Shown here piece by piece: positions 21,669 to 34,142 of a stretch of 64,000 nucleotides of DNA. Where the stretch lies: positions 2,170,001 to 2,234,000 of the forward strand of contig OX337230.1 of the NCBI GenBank assembly GCA_946965045.2, given 5' to 3'. The notes under the pieces were generated by a model. That model saw only the letters and a list, made by a program, of their open reading frames with translations, did no database searches and was not told where the DNA came from. A program made the translations under genes and the position numbers. Each line of letters opens with the position of its first letter. The stretch's first letter is position 1. The DNA comes from Epithemia pelagica. Taxonomy: Eukaryota; Protista; Bacillariophyta.

Positions 21669-24600
21669 ATGCCTATACCCGTGACCACCGAGGAGCCAGT
21701 GCCAAGGGCGTGGAAGTCCCCCGCACGTGACCAGGCCCGAGATATGTTTGGACTTTCGTCTGGGTCACTCCGGGAGGATTGTTGGGGCGATCCCATGGCA
21801 GAGGAACCTCCTGACACTACCCTACGGGTTGCAACCATCAACGTGGGAGGACTTCCCACCCAAGCCAACCACCCCAAATACCAGTCTCTTCAAGCTTTTG
21901 CTCTGAGCAACGACGTCGACATCCTCTGTCTCACTGAAGTGAACGTCGCCTGGCAACACGTGGAGGAATCGGCTCATGTCTCCCAGATTGTGCGCCCATG
22001 GTTCCGTTCTACATTTTGCCGTACCGCCTGGTATAAAGCTTTCCCAAGTGAATCTCCCCGTCAACCCGGTGGAGTAGCTCTCCTCATTCGCGGCGCCCAT
22101 GCAGGACGCGTGATGCAGAGTGGTCAAGATGAGTCCGGCCTTGGATGGTGGGTCTGGGCCCGCCTACGGGGCCCCCGAGGGCAGTCTCTCTTAGTAGTCT
22201 GTGCTTATCGCCCCGTGTACCACCCTAGAGATCTCTATTCTGTCTAGAATCAGCAACAGTCCTTCTTCGACAGTCTCACACCGCCACGCTTTACGGATCC
22301 TCGAAAAGCGTTTCTGGATGATCTTTCCACTTTCCTCGCTACGGCGTTGCAAAATGGAGATCATATCCTCGTGGGTCTAGATGCAAATGAACCATTATCT
22401 CAGCCCTCCAACCCCGTCTCTGCCACGTTCTCCCAGATCAGCCTCCATGACGCAATCTTAACAAGACATGGACATGAACTTGCTCCATCCACCCACCAAC
22501 GTGGCTCTGCCCCGATCGACGGCCTCTTCGTTTCTGCCGGTCTGGAACACTTGGCGACGGGCTACTTGCCCTTCGGCTCAGTCGCAGGCGATCATCGTCC
22601 GTTATGGATTGACATACACCTTCCCTCCGTATTCGGCGGCACCACGTCCGAATGCTCCGCTGCCATCCCCATATCTACCGCACGACGACTCCAGTGCGCC
22701 GACCCGCGCGTGGTCCAGCGTTACAACAAGGTTCTTCACCAGTTCTATCAAGAACACGATCTGGCGACACGGGTTTTCCGACTAGAGGTGGACATCTCGC
22801 AAAGGCCATGGTCTCCGGCCCTTGCGGCGGAATGGGAGGCGGTCCACGCTCTTCGCCTCGCGGGCATCCAGCTGGCTGAGTCCAAATGCCGCCGTCTCCG
22901 CACCGGGGCCCTTCCCTGGTCCCCGCAGTTGGGACGCGCTCTACTCCTGCATCGCTACTGGGATCGGCTGCTTCACCGCGCCAAAGGCTACAAGGTCAGT
23001 TGGAGGTATCTCTGTCGGCTGAGCAGGAAACTGGGCCAGACCATTCCTACGGAACTTCGGGTTGAGGATTTACGCCCACAAGCAGACGCCGCATCGGAAG
23101 CGTATAAAAATCTCCGACGCGACGCCAACTCCCAGAGAACGTCCTATCTTGCTCAGTTGGCGCAGGCCCGCGCCGATGCAGGTCTTGAATCACAAGCGGC
23201 CGCAGTGCGAGTGATGGCTCAACGGGAGAGACAACGGCGTGATGCCCGCCTGCTCAGATCAATTTACAAAGCTGGCTCACGCCGCGGGTTGGATCGTGTG
23301 GAGATACCAGTGGGTGACGGCGAATGGTTGGACGGCGAATGGACGGGAGAGTGGCGCGAAGTCACCAACAAACACGATATCGAAAAAGGCTGCCTCCAAG
23401 AAAATGATCGACGGTTCAGACAGGCCACAGGCACCGATCTGGTTACGCCTACGGCTGTGGAGTGCCTGGGACCAACCGGCTGTTCCGCAGCCGCTACGCA
23501 TCTACTCAAGACGGGCGAAATTCCGTGGTCTTTACAAGAGTCGATTTCCCATGCCGCCTCTTCGTATTTGGCACACCACCGTATCCCCTCGGTCCTCTCT
23601 CTTAGCTCCTCCGCTAATTTGGATTTTCATACCCCGGCGTATGCAACTGGCTGGGAGAAGATGCGGGAACACACGGCCTCGGGCAAATCGGGCCTGCATT
23701 TTGGGCACTTCATTGCTCAGGCTCGCGACCCTCTCCTGTGTGCCGTCGACGCTGCAATGGCTTGGATCCCGACTCAGGTCGGATATGTTCCGAAGCGCTG
23801 GACCTACGGACTCAACGTCATGTTAGAGAAAAAACCAGGCGTGGCCAAAGTATCAAAGCTTCGAACAATATTGCTTTATGAAGCAGATTACAATCAGAAT
23901 AATAAAATCATGGGACGGGCCATGATGGCTTACGCGGAGAAACACAACCTGCTCGCCCCTGAACAATACGGGAGTCGCAAGCATCACTCCGCCATCTATC
24001 AGGGACTCAACAAGGTCCTCACATTCGACCTTTTCCGACAGCAACGCCGTTCGGGGGCCCTGTGTTCCAATGATGCAAAATCGTGTTACGATCGCATCGG
24101 GCACTCTTCGGCGGGCTTGGCGATGCGGCGCTGTGGCATTCCCATCCCCATGGTCGAGGCCTCGCTCCGTCCCATTCAAGCGCTCAAGCATTACATTCGG
24201 ACGACATTTGGAGATTCCACTGTCTTCTTCTCTGCTGATGGCCATGACCTTCCGGTGCAGGGTATCGGGCAAGGAAATGGGGGCGGCCCGGCCATTTGGG
24301 CTGTGGTCAGCACCCCCATAATCAATTCAATGCGTCAACGCGGCTATGGGCTGTTTCTCCGTCTCCCCTTGAGTGGGGATCAGTACATTTTCGTGGGCTA
24401 CGCCTTCGTCGATGATACCGACTTGGTGGTGAACCTGACTCCGTCCGAACAAGCCCAGCCCCAGCCTTCTCGAATTACACGCGTATTTGAACGAATGCAG
24501 GAGAGTATCACCTTTTGGGAGGCTTCCCTCCGTGCCTCGGGTGGGGCCTTGGTGCCTCAAAAATGCCATTGGTATCTCATTGATCACTCTTGGCGGAATG

Positions 24601-27496
24601 GCAAGTGGAGTCTTGTGTCGCCGTCGGAAGTACCACACGCGTTGCGCACGCGGTCCCCCTCGGAACGATGGGTCGATATTGAAATCCTGTCGCCCCACGA
24701 GGCTCGGCGCACCCTCGGCATTCGCGCTGCCCCTGATGGCAACATGAAGGCGGAGATCGAGTATTTGTCGTCCCAAGTCAAGCAATGGACCCAACTCACC
24801 GTGGCACGTCGTCTTCCACATCACCTTGTCTGGTTGTCCTTGACCACAGGGATTTTGAAGAAATTGGCTTACCCACTCCCACCTACGACTTTATCCGAGG
24901 ACGACTGCCGCCACATCATGCACCCTTTGCTGCAGGTGGGTCTCAGTTGTTCTCACATTGTACGGAGTTTTCCGAGGGCTGCCGTCTATGGTCCGGCCGC
25001 ATTGGGCGGTTTAAATCTTCCCAACCTTTACACGGAACAAGGGATTGAACACATTCGGGCATTGATCCAATTTGGCCATGATTCTTCCATCACCGGTTAT
25101 CTTCTCCGGGCATCGCTCCAAGCTCTGCAACTGGAATTAGGTCTACCTGGCAATCCGTTTGCGTATGACGCTGTGACCTGGTCCGACTGTGCCACCTCTT
25201 CCTGGGTGGTAAATACATGGCAATTTTGCTCCCGTTACGGCATCTCCATCCCCAAGCTCCCGCGTGGCAGTCTGCCCCTCCTTAGAGGAGGCGACCAATA
25301 TCTGATGGAAACCTTTTACCGGTCCGGCTTTCGACACCCGGCTACTCTTCGCTCCTTGAACCAGTGTCGGTTGTACCTTCGGGCAGTGTCGCTCGCGGAT
25401 ATTCTCTCCGCTGATGGCTCCCGCATCCTCGAGGATGCCTGGACTGGGGCCAATGGCTCTTGTGGTCGACGTGCAGCGTGGGACTGGCCTCGTGCACCCC
25501 CCCCCCCATCACGCATTGGATTGGTCATTATGGCAGCGTGCCTTGTCTACGTCCTTGGGCGCATCTTCTCGGTTTCGGCGCGTCACTGCGGTGGTCTCCA
25601 CCTGGATCTTCCCGCACGCTCTCCCGGCTGCGGCTCTTTATTCTTCTCGGTGGAATCGGTTGTACCTTCCATTGGATGACCGTGATTGTGTCGTTCCAAC
25701 GAGCTGGCAGGAGTTTCGCGCCCTGCCTCGACAGAGGGGCCGCTCCCGTTTCCTTCCCACGGACAGTCTGGTAGGCTTTGGGACGCTATCCCTGGCCGGC
25801 CCGGTCTATGTCGTGGACGTCACGGTGCCTGTGCCTTTGGTCAGGCCTAGGGACGGGCAGGTGATCATGTGGTCTCAGGATACCACCGCCCTGACGTTCT
25901 CGTTAGGCGGTCCGGTGCTTCCCCCGCCGGCCCCGTTGGCTGATTTCGAAGCTCGGTTGTCACCTGTTGCTCAAGTGTGGTTCCTATCGGCCTCCACCGC
26001 CGGCCTCTCGCCCCTTATCTCGGCGCTGGCCGCTGGGACTCTGGAGGCGGTGTCCGATGGTTCTGCTCGGGCTCAAATTGATGGCACGTGTGCGTGGTGT
26101 TACCACCGATGCCGACACTCTTGAATCGATATCTGCTGGCGCCAGGGTACCAGGTCCACCGGACAGTCAAAATTCCTTCCGGAGTGAGTTGTACGGGATC
26201 TTTGGCATCGTCTTGGCAGTACGCAACTTAGTCCGCCTGGGGAATCTACCCAGTGGGGAAGTTACGGTGGCCTCTGACAGTCTGAGTGTCTTGAATCGAG
26301 TTTTCCGCTCCACGCGTCCAGCCGCTGTGACCGATAAAAGCTGGGAGCTGTTGTCGGCCGTGCAGAACCTTCTGCTGGCGATGCCCCAAGTCACTTGGTT
26401 TCCACGCCACGTGCGCGGCCATCAAGACACTACGGGCCGACAGAATCTGGATCGTTGGGAATTGCGCAACGTCCTTATGGACGAGCGGGCGTCGCAAGTC
26501 TATGAGCTGATACCTCCTGATGAACTGCCTCCATCTCCCTTTGGCAAATTATCTCCCTTGGTTCTTAATGAGCAGGTGCTTGTTTCGGATTTCGCCACAG
26601 GTCTCTGCAGACATATTAACGGCCCGCCTCTGTTGGACCTCCTAGCCCGCCGCGGTAAATTCGGCACAGCGTCCGCCACATCGGTCGACTGGGAAGCCTT
26701 TTCCTTGGCCGCCAATATGCAACCACAGAACCGACGCCATTGGGTCGTTAAGGCCTCGCTCAACCGCTCTGCGGTCGGTGTCAAAATGCTCCGTCGAAGA
26801 CAGTGGAAGGATGCCTCCTGTCCGCGGTGTCATCACCCGCTGGAAACAGCCCTTCACGTCTACCAATGCCCCCATGTGGAAGTCTCTGTATTGTGGGACC
26901 AGGCCTTGACTGCTCTCTCCCGCTGGTTTGATCGCTCCTTTACTCACCCAACAATCGCTTCTTGTATCCTTAATTCTCTCCGCGCTTGGCGCCACGGCCA
27001 GCCCCCACCTTCTCTTCACACAACTGTTCCCTCTCTTCCCACCGCTCTAGCGGCACAACGTCTCCTCGGCTGGTCTTCCGCCCTGGAGGGTTATTGGTCT
27101 CCTGCGTGGACGGAGGCTCAAGAGTCTTACTTTCGCTTCTTGGGTCGCCGTAACTCGGGACGGCGATGGTTAGCGGCCCTAATTGTCCAGCTGTGGAATG
27201 TCTCGTGGGATCTTTGGGAACATAGGAATGGACATCAGGTCCGCCGGACTCAGGCCCAGGAGCGCGCCGCAGTGCAATTGGACCTCCAACAGGAGTATGC
27301 ACGCGGCCCCCTAGGCCTTCCTGCGCCCGTTCAACGTCTGTTTCTCCGTCCCTTGGCCGCTCGGTATCTGGATGCTATCGGGACCCAACGACGGTTCCTG
27401 CTCCGGATCCAGGCGGCCCGACGCCGTACCAGATATCGGGCCCTTGCGGAGCAACGTCGGCTCTTCCGCCGGTTCTTCCGCTCTGGCCACTCCTAA
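21669..27496 (+). pseudogene. LINE ORF2: AP endonuclease, RT, RNase H, CCHC; one TAG and two frameshifts
   Basis: APE: TINVGG, LTEVN, GLDANE, IDGLF, GDHRPL. RT: LYEADYN, NDAKSCYDRI, GQGNGGGP, AFVDDTD. RNase H: SDGSA, RSELYG, ASDS, HVRGHQD. Knuckle: CPRC..H..C. Lesions: TAG 22245-22247, C11 run 25497-25507, shift near 26100. Confidence 0.9.
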
Positions 27497-28335
27497 GCCT
27501 TTGTGGTTTGTCTCACTCCCTTTCTGTATCCATGTTTTGTGCCTTCCTATGTCGTTTCATCCTATTCATGTGTCGACCCCGGCCTTGGAATGCTTCATCC
27601 GGTCGTGACGGGGCGACGTTAAAGCCTCGGGCAGTCTAGTTTAACAAAGACTAATCATCGAGTTGTATTTGTATTTGTCACCAGATCTCGCCATCATTGT
27701 CGAGCGTTTTTGCATTTTTTTGAAATTCCGACCATTTCCGGCGTGACGTGTACTATCTGATTTTATGTACTCTACGTAGCTTTTGTACTGAGCCTACTTA
27801 GATGTACATGGATCGGTATCCCCAGCCCTTACTATGTGTAGGTGTAGGAGGAGTAGCTTTGGGGCTTGGGGGACAAAGACCATGACCATGACTTCACAGC
27901 TCACAGCAGATACTATGGGCGACAACAATATAATATTATAAAACGCGCTGATGGCGGATGTAGGTTTGGGTTTGAGGTTTGAGGGGTTTGGTTTCGAGTT
28001 TGAGCGGTTGATCCTGTAGCCTGTAGCCTGGAAATCTGGGACTGGGACGGGACAAAGTCGAAGACCCGTGTCGACCGTCTTTCTCGCTCTCTTTGCGGTC
28101 GTCTTACACGGTCTGGGTGTCCGTTCTAAGTTCTGAGACAACGGGGCTGCCACAACCCACAACCCCAGCTTTCTGCTTTTGCGATCGAATCGGATGGACA
28201 CTGAAGACGGTGAAATTGGAGATGGTAGAATGGTATCTGACATCATGTGGAGCAAGTAGCAGTACGGACAATTATTGACAGTTAAAACCGTCTCATATCT
28301 CCCATACTATTATGCCATCCCATTCGATCCGGTCT

Positions 28336-28418
28336 GAAAAGAAAATAGGGGGGGGAGAAGGCAGAGGAGAGGGGGAGAGGGGGAGAGGAGGGGGAGAGAG
28401 AAGGAGAGAAGAAGGAGA
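28336..28418 (+). repeat. Polypurine (G/A) tract, ~83 bp
   Basis: Only two pyrimidines in the stretch; several GGGG(G) runs. Confidence 0.8.
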
Positions 28419-28810
28419 TTCCGTAAGTCAGATTCTTTCATGAAATCGATCCACGTATTGCTCGCAGTCTCACATTTGTTTCCTCTGACGTATGAAATGT
28501 TCTAGGAAGCTCCAAACTTCCCTCAGAGGGGAGAAGGCACTTCCCCTCCAAAACAATTAAGCCCTTCATGTCGTTTCAGCACCTTTTTGTTATTGAAACG
28601 ACATTCTACACTGGTACAATCCTCCCGACCATCCGATGACCTTTCACGTGGTTCTACGTAGCATGTGATGAGGCGTATCCAGTCTGTGCTTCGCATCACA
28701 ATCGGAACTGCTTGCACCTCGCACAAGATCTTGTCATAATTTTTTTTGCTACGATGTTACTCACTACGAATTTTTCTTTTTGTTGTTTGTCATGCAGGTA
28801 TTCAGGTCAA

Positions 28811-31800
28811 TCAAGAGAATGAAGATGGTGCCTTGTTCAAGGCTCGTTTGGGGCAGCGTCGGTCATGGGGTGGACGTCCTTTCCCTCGTTCTACACAGTA
28901 CTTCATGTACTTGACGCAACAGAACTGGGTTTGGACACGAGGTGGTGGTCCGAAGGGAGGAAAGGTGGGCATGCATCTTGGGACGGATTGAAGACCACCC
29001 CAGCCATGGGGATTGTTGTGGAATGCAAAGGGGTATTGCTGTTGATCGGGGAGTGTTGTTGGCCGTTGCTGATTTTGCTTGTACGGGTTGACAGGTTGGT
29101 TTTTCTGTCTTGTTGTCGTTGTTGTTGTTGCTGATTGCAGTACCACCAACCCATTTGCTGTTGTTGCCATTACAGGTGTGCTGTTCGCTGTATTTTGAGG
29201 CTCTTTGTGTTGTTGTTGTTGATCCTGCACTGTCGCTGCTGATTGATTTGTTGCTGCCATCGTTGTTGTTGGTAAGGCTTCGCTGTTGTTTGTAACCTTT
29301 TGCTTTTTGTTGCTGGTGTTGTTCTCATCCAAATCGTTGCTCTCTTTTTCTTCTCCCTCTCTTTCCTTTCTCTTATTGCTACTGATTGCCTGTGCTTGTG
29401 CTGTTTCTTGTTGTTGTGTCTGTTGTTGTGTTTCTTGCCGTGTCTGTTGTTGTGTTTCTGGCTGTGTCTGTGGTTGTTGTATTTTGGCTGGATTCTCCTC
29501 GCTGTCCTGTTGTTGGATTTCATCTTTGACCTCTGACTCCTCCTCTGCCAAACCCAACAATGGAATGAACGTGTCATGCAGCAACCTCTTCTTGTTGCTC
29601 GCACATTTTTGGCACTGGCATCGATCGTTGAGTGGATGCTTTGGAACTTGTTGCGTGATTTCTTTTCTCGTTTCCAGGTACTCGGAGAAAAACCGTTCTC
29701 CCGTATCTTCTGGAAGCTTCTCAACCTCTGTAAAGGGAGGACAAGAAGCTCCAGACATCGAGGCAAGTATATTGATCATGTTTGTTTTGCATGCGTTACC
29801 AAAACTCACCACCATTTCCCATCCTACAGGCACCACTGAACGTTCTTCTTGAGACTTCGTCATGATTCTCATCTTGTGACGAATTGCCCTGTTATACTGG
29901 ACCGTGCCTGCCAAATTCAAAGCATCTGCGAGAGTTTCTCGCATGCCACAGTTGGCAAAATGCGTCAAATTATCATGAAAGCTCTCGAGCTTACTCTCTC
30001 CTCTCAAAGGTACGTACTCCACTAGCTGGTTGCTTGATCTTGGTGATGGAGGTATCTCACGATACATTTTCTCTACGGGCAAGGGATCAGCAAGGAACTT
30101 TGCCTTCTCTTTACAGTTTTCCAGTGCTTGATGTGTTTCGGCCGTAAAAAGAGGTTGATTGGAGTGTGGATCCAATCGGCCTCGTGCTGGTGGCTTGCCA
30201 GGAGTGGAAGTGCACTTGTATTTGCACTTCCACTCCTCCAACTTGAGGACAATCGTACACCCCGAATAATCTTCCATAAGTTCTTTGAGTACCTCTGTCG
30301 AAAGGTCTTGGTTCCCATCATTTCACTGATCTCTTCGTCTGTGTATTGTTTCTTGGAGCTTGACATGGTTCCATTTTTCAAACAACCAACAAGTTTCTCC
30401 AAGTCTTCAGGATGGTACTCGTAGATCGCATCCAACAAATCCTTCATGGCTATCCCAAAGTCAATGTGCCGTTGTCTGAGCATCTTGGTTATCCTCTGTA
30501 TGAAATGGAAAAGGCCAAGACGGCCCTCCAAGTCATCAACCAACAACAACCAGAAATCCTTGCCACAAGTCCATGTGTCAGAGTACATGGCCTTTGGGCA
30601 AAACCCGGTACGTCTCAGCACTTGTTCCGCAGCATGTGCAAACTCGAGTGCTGATGTGTCGTTCACTAACACTGCACAAGCAATTTCTCCTGCCTCTGTT
30701 GCCATGGTCCACATTGCAGCTGCATTGAGGCGTCTTGGATAATTTTTCACTACCTGGTGGGTGTGGTCGTGAGCAAATATGTGCTGGCATCTAACCCCTT
30801 GAATCTCTCTTGTGTTTCTCTCATTGTCAGACACCATCCAGGGTTGCCATTCGGAGCTTGCTCCATCGTCATATAGCTGGCGGATTGTCTCGCCTAAAGG
30901 TGGGTAGCGAACCAGAAACTCACCATCCTTTTGCATGTAGTCTTCTGATTCTTTTCCTGTAGCAGCACAATAAGAATAGTACCTCATAGTCTTGTCTTCA
31001 TAGCAGGTGTTGATTCCTTCATATAGCATCCGACTGATGTAATCCCCATTGCCATAGGTTACCATTGATGCTTCCATTATCCTCGTAGCATCTTTAGCTA
31101 GATGCGGTGTTCCTCTAGCATACTTGGGTTCCACTGGGTAACACATAGCCATGTAGGGAGGCAGTCGTGCGAGCAATTCTCCATCGTTTGCATAGAAGGC
31201 AGCCGAGCACCCGGCACACTTGTATCCCATAAGTATTGCATACTTTGGGGGACCAGACATGGCAAAAATGGGGAAAAGGGACTTGTTTTTTGAAAAGTTC
31301 GATCGCGTACGCTGGAGATTACCCCGGCAACGAGGACAACGCAAGTGGTTACTGGGGAAAAACAGCTCCCAATCAACAACCAGGAGTTCCTGTCCCACAA
31401 TCGAGTCGTACAAAGCACTCGTGTTGTCGGCAATGGGGGGTACAGTAACGGTCATATTAGTGAAGAAAGGTTTCAAATTCTCAACACACGCTTAGAACCA
31501 AGGCACGTGTCGGTCACATAACTTGCCAACGCATGCACAGCACGTGGGACATGCACCTCCGTAGGTACTGCTGTCACACGCGTAATTACCTCAAACTTGA
31601 AATCTTCGGCTGTGGGAACATACACGCCTTCCTCGCCACCAACGGTAGAACTTTCCGTTGCCGTAGTCTCCGTAGTTGATTGTGTTTTTTCATTTTCAGC
31701 GTCTCTTGTCATTGCTTTTTTCGACGAGCAATTGGGACGATGTTCCATGAAAGTGTTGAGTGCCTCCTGTGTGACATTGGAGGCGGACAATCTCTCTGCA

Positions 31801-32018
31801 CTGGTAAGTTGCTTGCAGATTGCTTTGGCATGGGCAGCCTGGGCCTTTTCTGAGGCCACTACCTCTGCTCCTCTTCCATCGTTCATTCCCTTGCCCCTTG
31901 TTGTTGTGTTTTTGCTGCATCTGGGGTGGTGAGGGCGATGAGGGATGGCCATTCCTCTTGCCTTGGCCCTGCAGATGGGGCAGTCAATGTCGGACTCAAA
32001 GATGACCGAAAGGTCCAT
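28811..32018 (-). pseudogene. Putative DDE-type transposase-like protein (~1050+ aa), two frameshifts; superfamily unresolved
   Basis: ORFs 31473..32018, 30073..31476 and 28811..30277 join by single-base shifts (~31480, ~30260). Motifs: CPRC/CAGC, DHTH, YSD, LFHFIQRI, RGESKLESFH, and a Q/T-rich tail. Confidence 0.6.
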
Positions 32019-33565
32019 CTTTCTCCAACCTGAACGCTTCTTCCAACTCTTCTTTGGCCAACGAGAGTACTGATTGGATTTCCGTATCGTTGCGACTGTG
32101 GCCCCATGGCCTTGGCCGCTGTGAATTGTGCTGCAGAACTCATGATCTCTATTTGTTATTCTAACTTATTGAAGTGCATCCTCTTTTCCAGGCTTCTGAC
32201 CATGCTCAAAAGGGTCATGAGATGGTCAGAAGAGGACTTGTTGCAATGGTCGACTTGGCCATGCCATGGGCGACCGTGAAGGACCGACCGGATCGGCTGA
32301 TGGAATCTTCCCTCCATGTTTTTTGTCCGTGATTCGATGGGTTCCCGGGACACGGTAAGACACTTGTAACGACATTTGTTTCCTAAGTGATTTTTTGTGA
32401 AACGACATTTCTAACCCAATCATATTGCTGCCTTTTGAAACTAACACCCCCTGAAAATGGGTGATCTGTGGTCTATGCCTACTCGTATAAGGAACAACGC
32501 AATGGGCGACGAGACATGAGCGTGAGAGACAAGGAATCATAATAATATTTTTATCACACACACGAGAGACCACATGAACGAAACAAGCATTCTAGTTAGA
32601 GGACAGAGGAATACCTTAAAACTTTCAAGGACCAAAACCAAAAAATAGAGCATCAACCAAGGGAGATTACTCTGTGAAATGCGATGTCGAAAGTCGGATG
32701 GTGCCTGGTAAGGATCGGCATATTGAACATCGCCAAAGTCATCTTCTGGAGGAAACTAAAACTACTCCGCTATTGCCTCCTCAAACAGCAACCTACACCT
32801 ACTCGTACCTACCGACCGTACATCGGTTCGGAACCTGCGACCACATTGTAACAGCGACCGATTCATCTGAGTCCCGGATCTTTTCGATGGGACTGGTACT
32901 GGTGGTCCCATGATTACTCGATCAAAGACAAAACCCAAGAAGGGAGTAAGAGGTTACTCGCAGAATCAGGTAAACCAATGTCGCTATAATTAGGAGCATA
33001 CGAGTTTCACCCGTTGCTATTTCAACGTCGGGTCTACTACGAATAGTTGCTAGAAGCAAAGGCACCTGAAACCAACAACAAGACACATCGGAAACAAGAT
33101 GAGTGAGTCAATTGCATGTGTTTGTTTTATCGATCTCTGGGTCGCCCGTGCGTTCCTCAGAAGGAAGTCAGCAGATAATGGATAATTCCACACAAGGTTT
33201 CAGGACAAGGAAGTAGTTAATAATCCAAGTTTCCTCACCGGAAGCAAGATTCGTCTAAACACACACCAATAGATAAAAGCAACATACCATTTACCATTCT
33301 CGTTTCAGACATGCCATTTGATTCCTTCTCAATAATATATTACAGATGTTGCGCAGAACGATACTTCGTTTTAATTATCTGGAACAAGCAAGACGTTGAA
33401 TCATGAATTTCCCAGAAGCAAACGACGAAGGCAAGTCAAAAGATACAATTAACTTGGATCATTGGTAAGTCAGTTTCTTTGTCAAACGGAGTCTCAGGGG
33501 CACCTTCGATTAACTCAAATTGTACCTTGGATATGTATACCATGAGGGCACGTGCACACGAGAAC

Positions 33566-33931
33566 TTACGTTCCATCGTCGTCTTCATTGGTGCCATAAC
33601 AACATGCTAGGCCAGCATCACTTTGTGCTCCAAACATGATTGCGTTCGCCAAGGTCAGGGACGAGTGAAACATGATGGCTGTTCTTGCAATTTGTTGTCT
33701 TTGATGCTGCAGGAGGGTCTTCGTCGACGAAGTGGTGAACGACTGTGATGATGATCGGCCTGCAGAATTCGACGTTCTTGTGGATGTCCGTAATGAGGAG
33801 GCTGACCGAGATGATCCACTTGTTCCATTACATCCTTTTGATGATGACGAAGGTGCTGATGTTCTTCCTGTTCGTTTTAAGCCTTTTCCGGCCATGGAGG
33901 TTGCAGCAGATACGGCTTTTCCAATCTTCAT
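33566..33931 (-). CDS. Small Ser/Thr-rich hypothetical protein (121 aa)
   Basis: ATG at 33931; low-complexity N-terminus and an ordered-looking C-terminus (MFHSSLTLANAIMFGAQ...CCYG). Confidence 0.4.
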   Translation of the reverse strand: MKIGKAVSAATSMAGKGLKRTGRTSAPSSSSKGCNGTSGSSRSASSLRTSTRTSNSAGRSSSQSFTTSSTKTLLQHQRQQIARTAIMFHSSLTLANAIMFGAQSDAGLACCYGTNEDDDGT

Positions 33932-34142
33932 CGTGGTTCGTTCGATCCTGTCGTCGGACGGCGCAAATGTAGGGCGCTGAATCGATCGCTTTTCGTCAGT
34001 CGCGAAACCCGGGCCGCGAACTGCGAAAGCCCGAAAGATCCAAATCCGCTGGTGGTGAGACGAACAGACGAATGATCCATTCTTCACCAACTCTCCATCA
34101 AACGTACCAATTGATGGCAACCCAACTGAATGCTATTCCATC

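Larger units (their letters stand above)
18832..27675 (+). mobile_element. Full-length non-LTR retrotransposon (APE-RT-RNase H-CCHC; Ambal-like by inference)
   Basis: Two ORFs, a 92-bp 5' UTR and a short (TGTATT)2 tail. Flanking 18-bp direct repeat with one mismatch: tgtcacc(g/a)gatctcgcca at 18814-18831 and 27676-27693. Confidence 0.88.
18353..27829. mobile_element. TIR element (46-bp perfect TIRs, TA TSD) enclosing a non-LTR retrotransposon; ~615 bp without it
   Basis: agggctggggataccgatccatgtacatctaagtaggctcagtaca at 18353-18398 and its exact reverse complement at 27784-27829; TA at 18351-18352 and 27830-27831. Confidence 0.85.

Noticed and set aside
19224-27302. Many 60-195-aa alternative-frame and antisense ORFs within the LINE
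   Set aside because: Expected in GC-rich coding DNA; only frames that complete ORF1/ORF2 were kept.
27794-28255. 153-aa minus-strand ORF
   Set aside because: Runs into the TIR, overlaps low-complexity sequence and has no domain.
28280-32545. Terminal inverted repeats or Helitron ends for the transposase-like element
   Set aside because: Only weak GAGA(T/C)ATGAG similarity between 28287-28305 and ~32505-32520; no TSD or Helitron hairpin-CTAG found.
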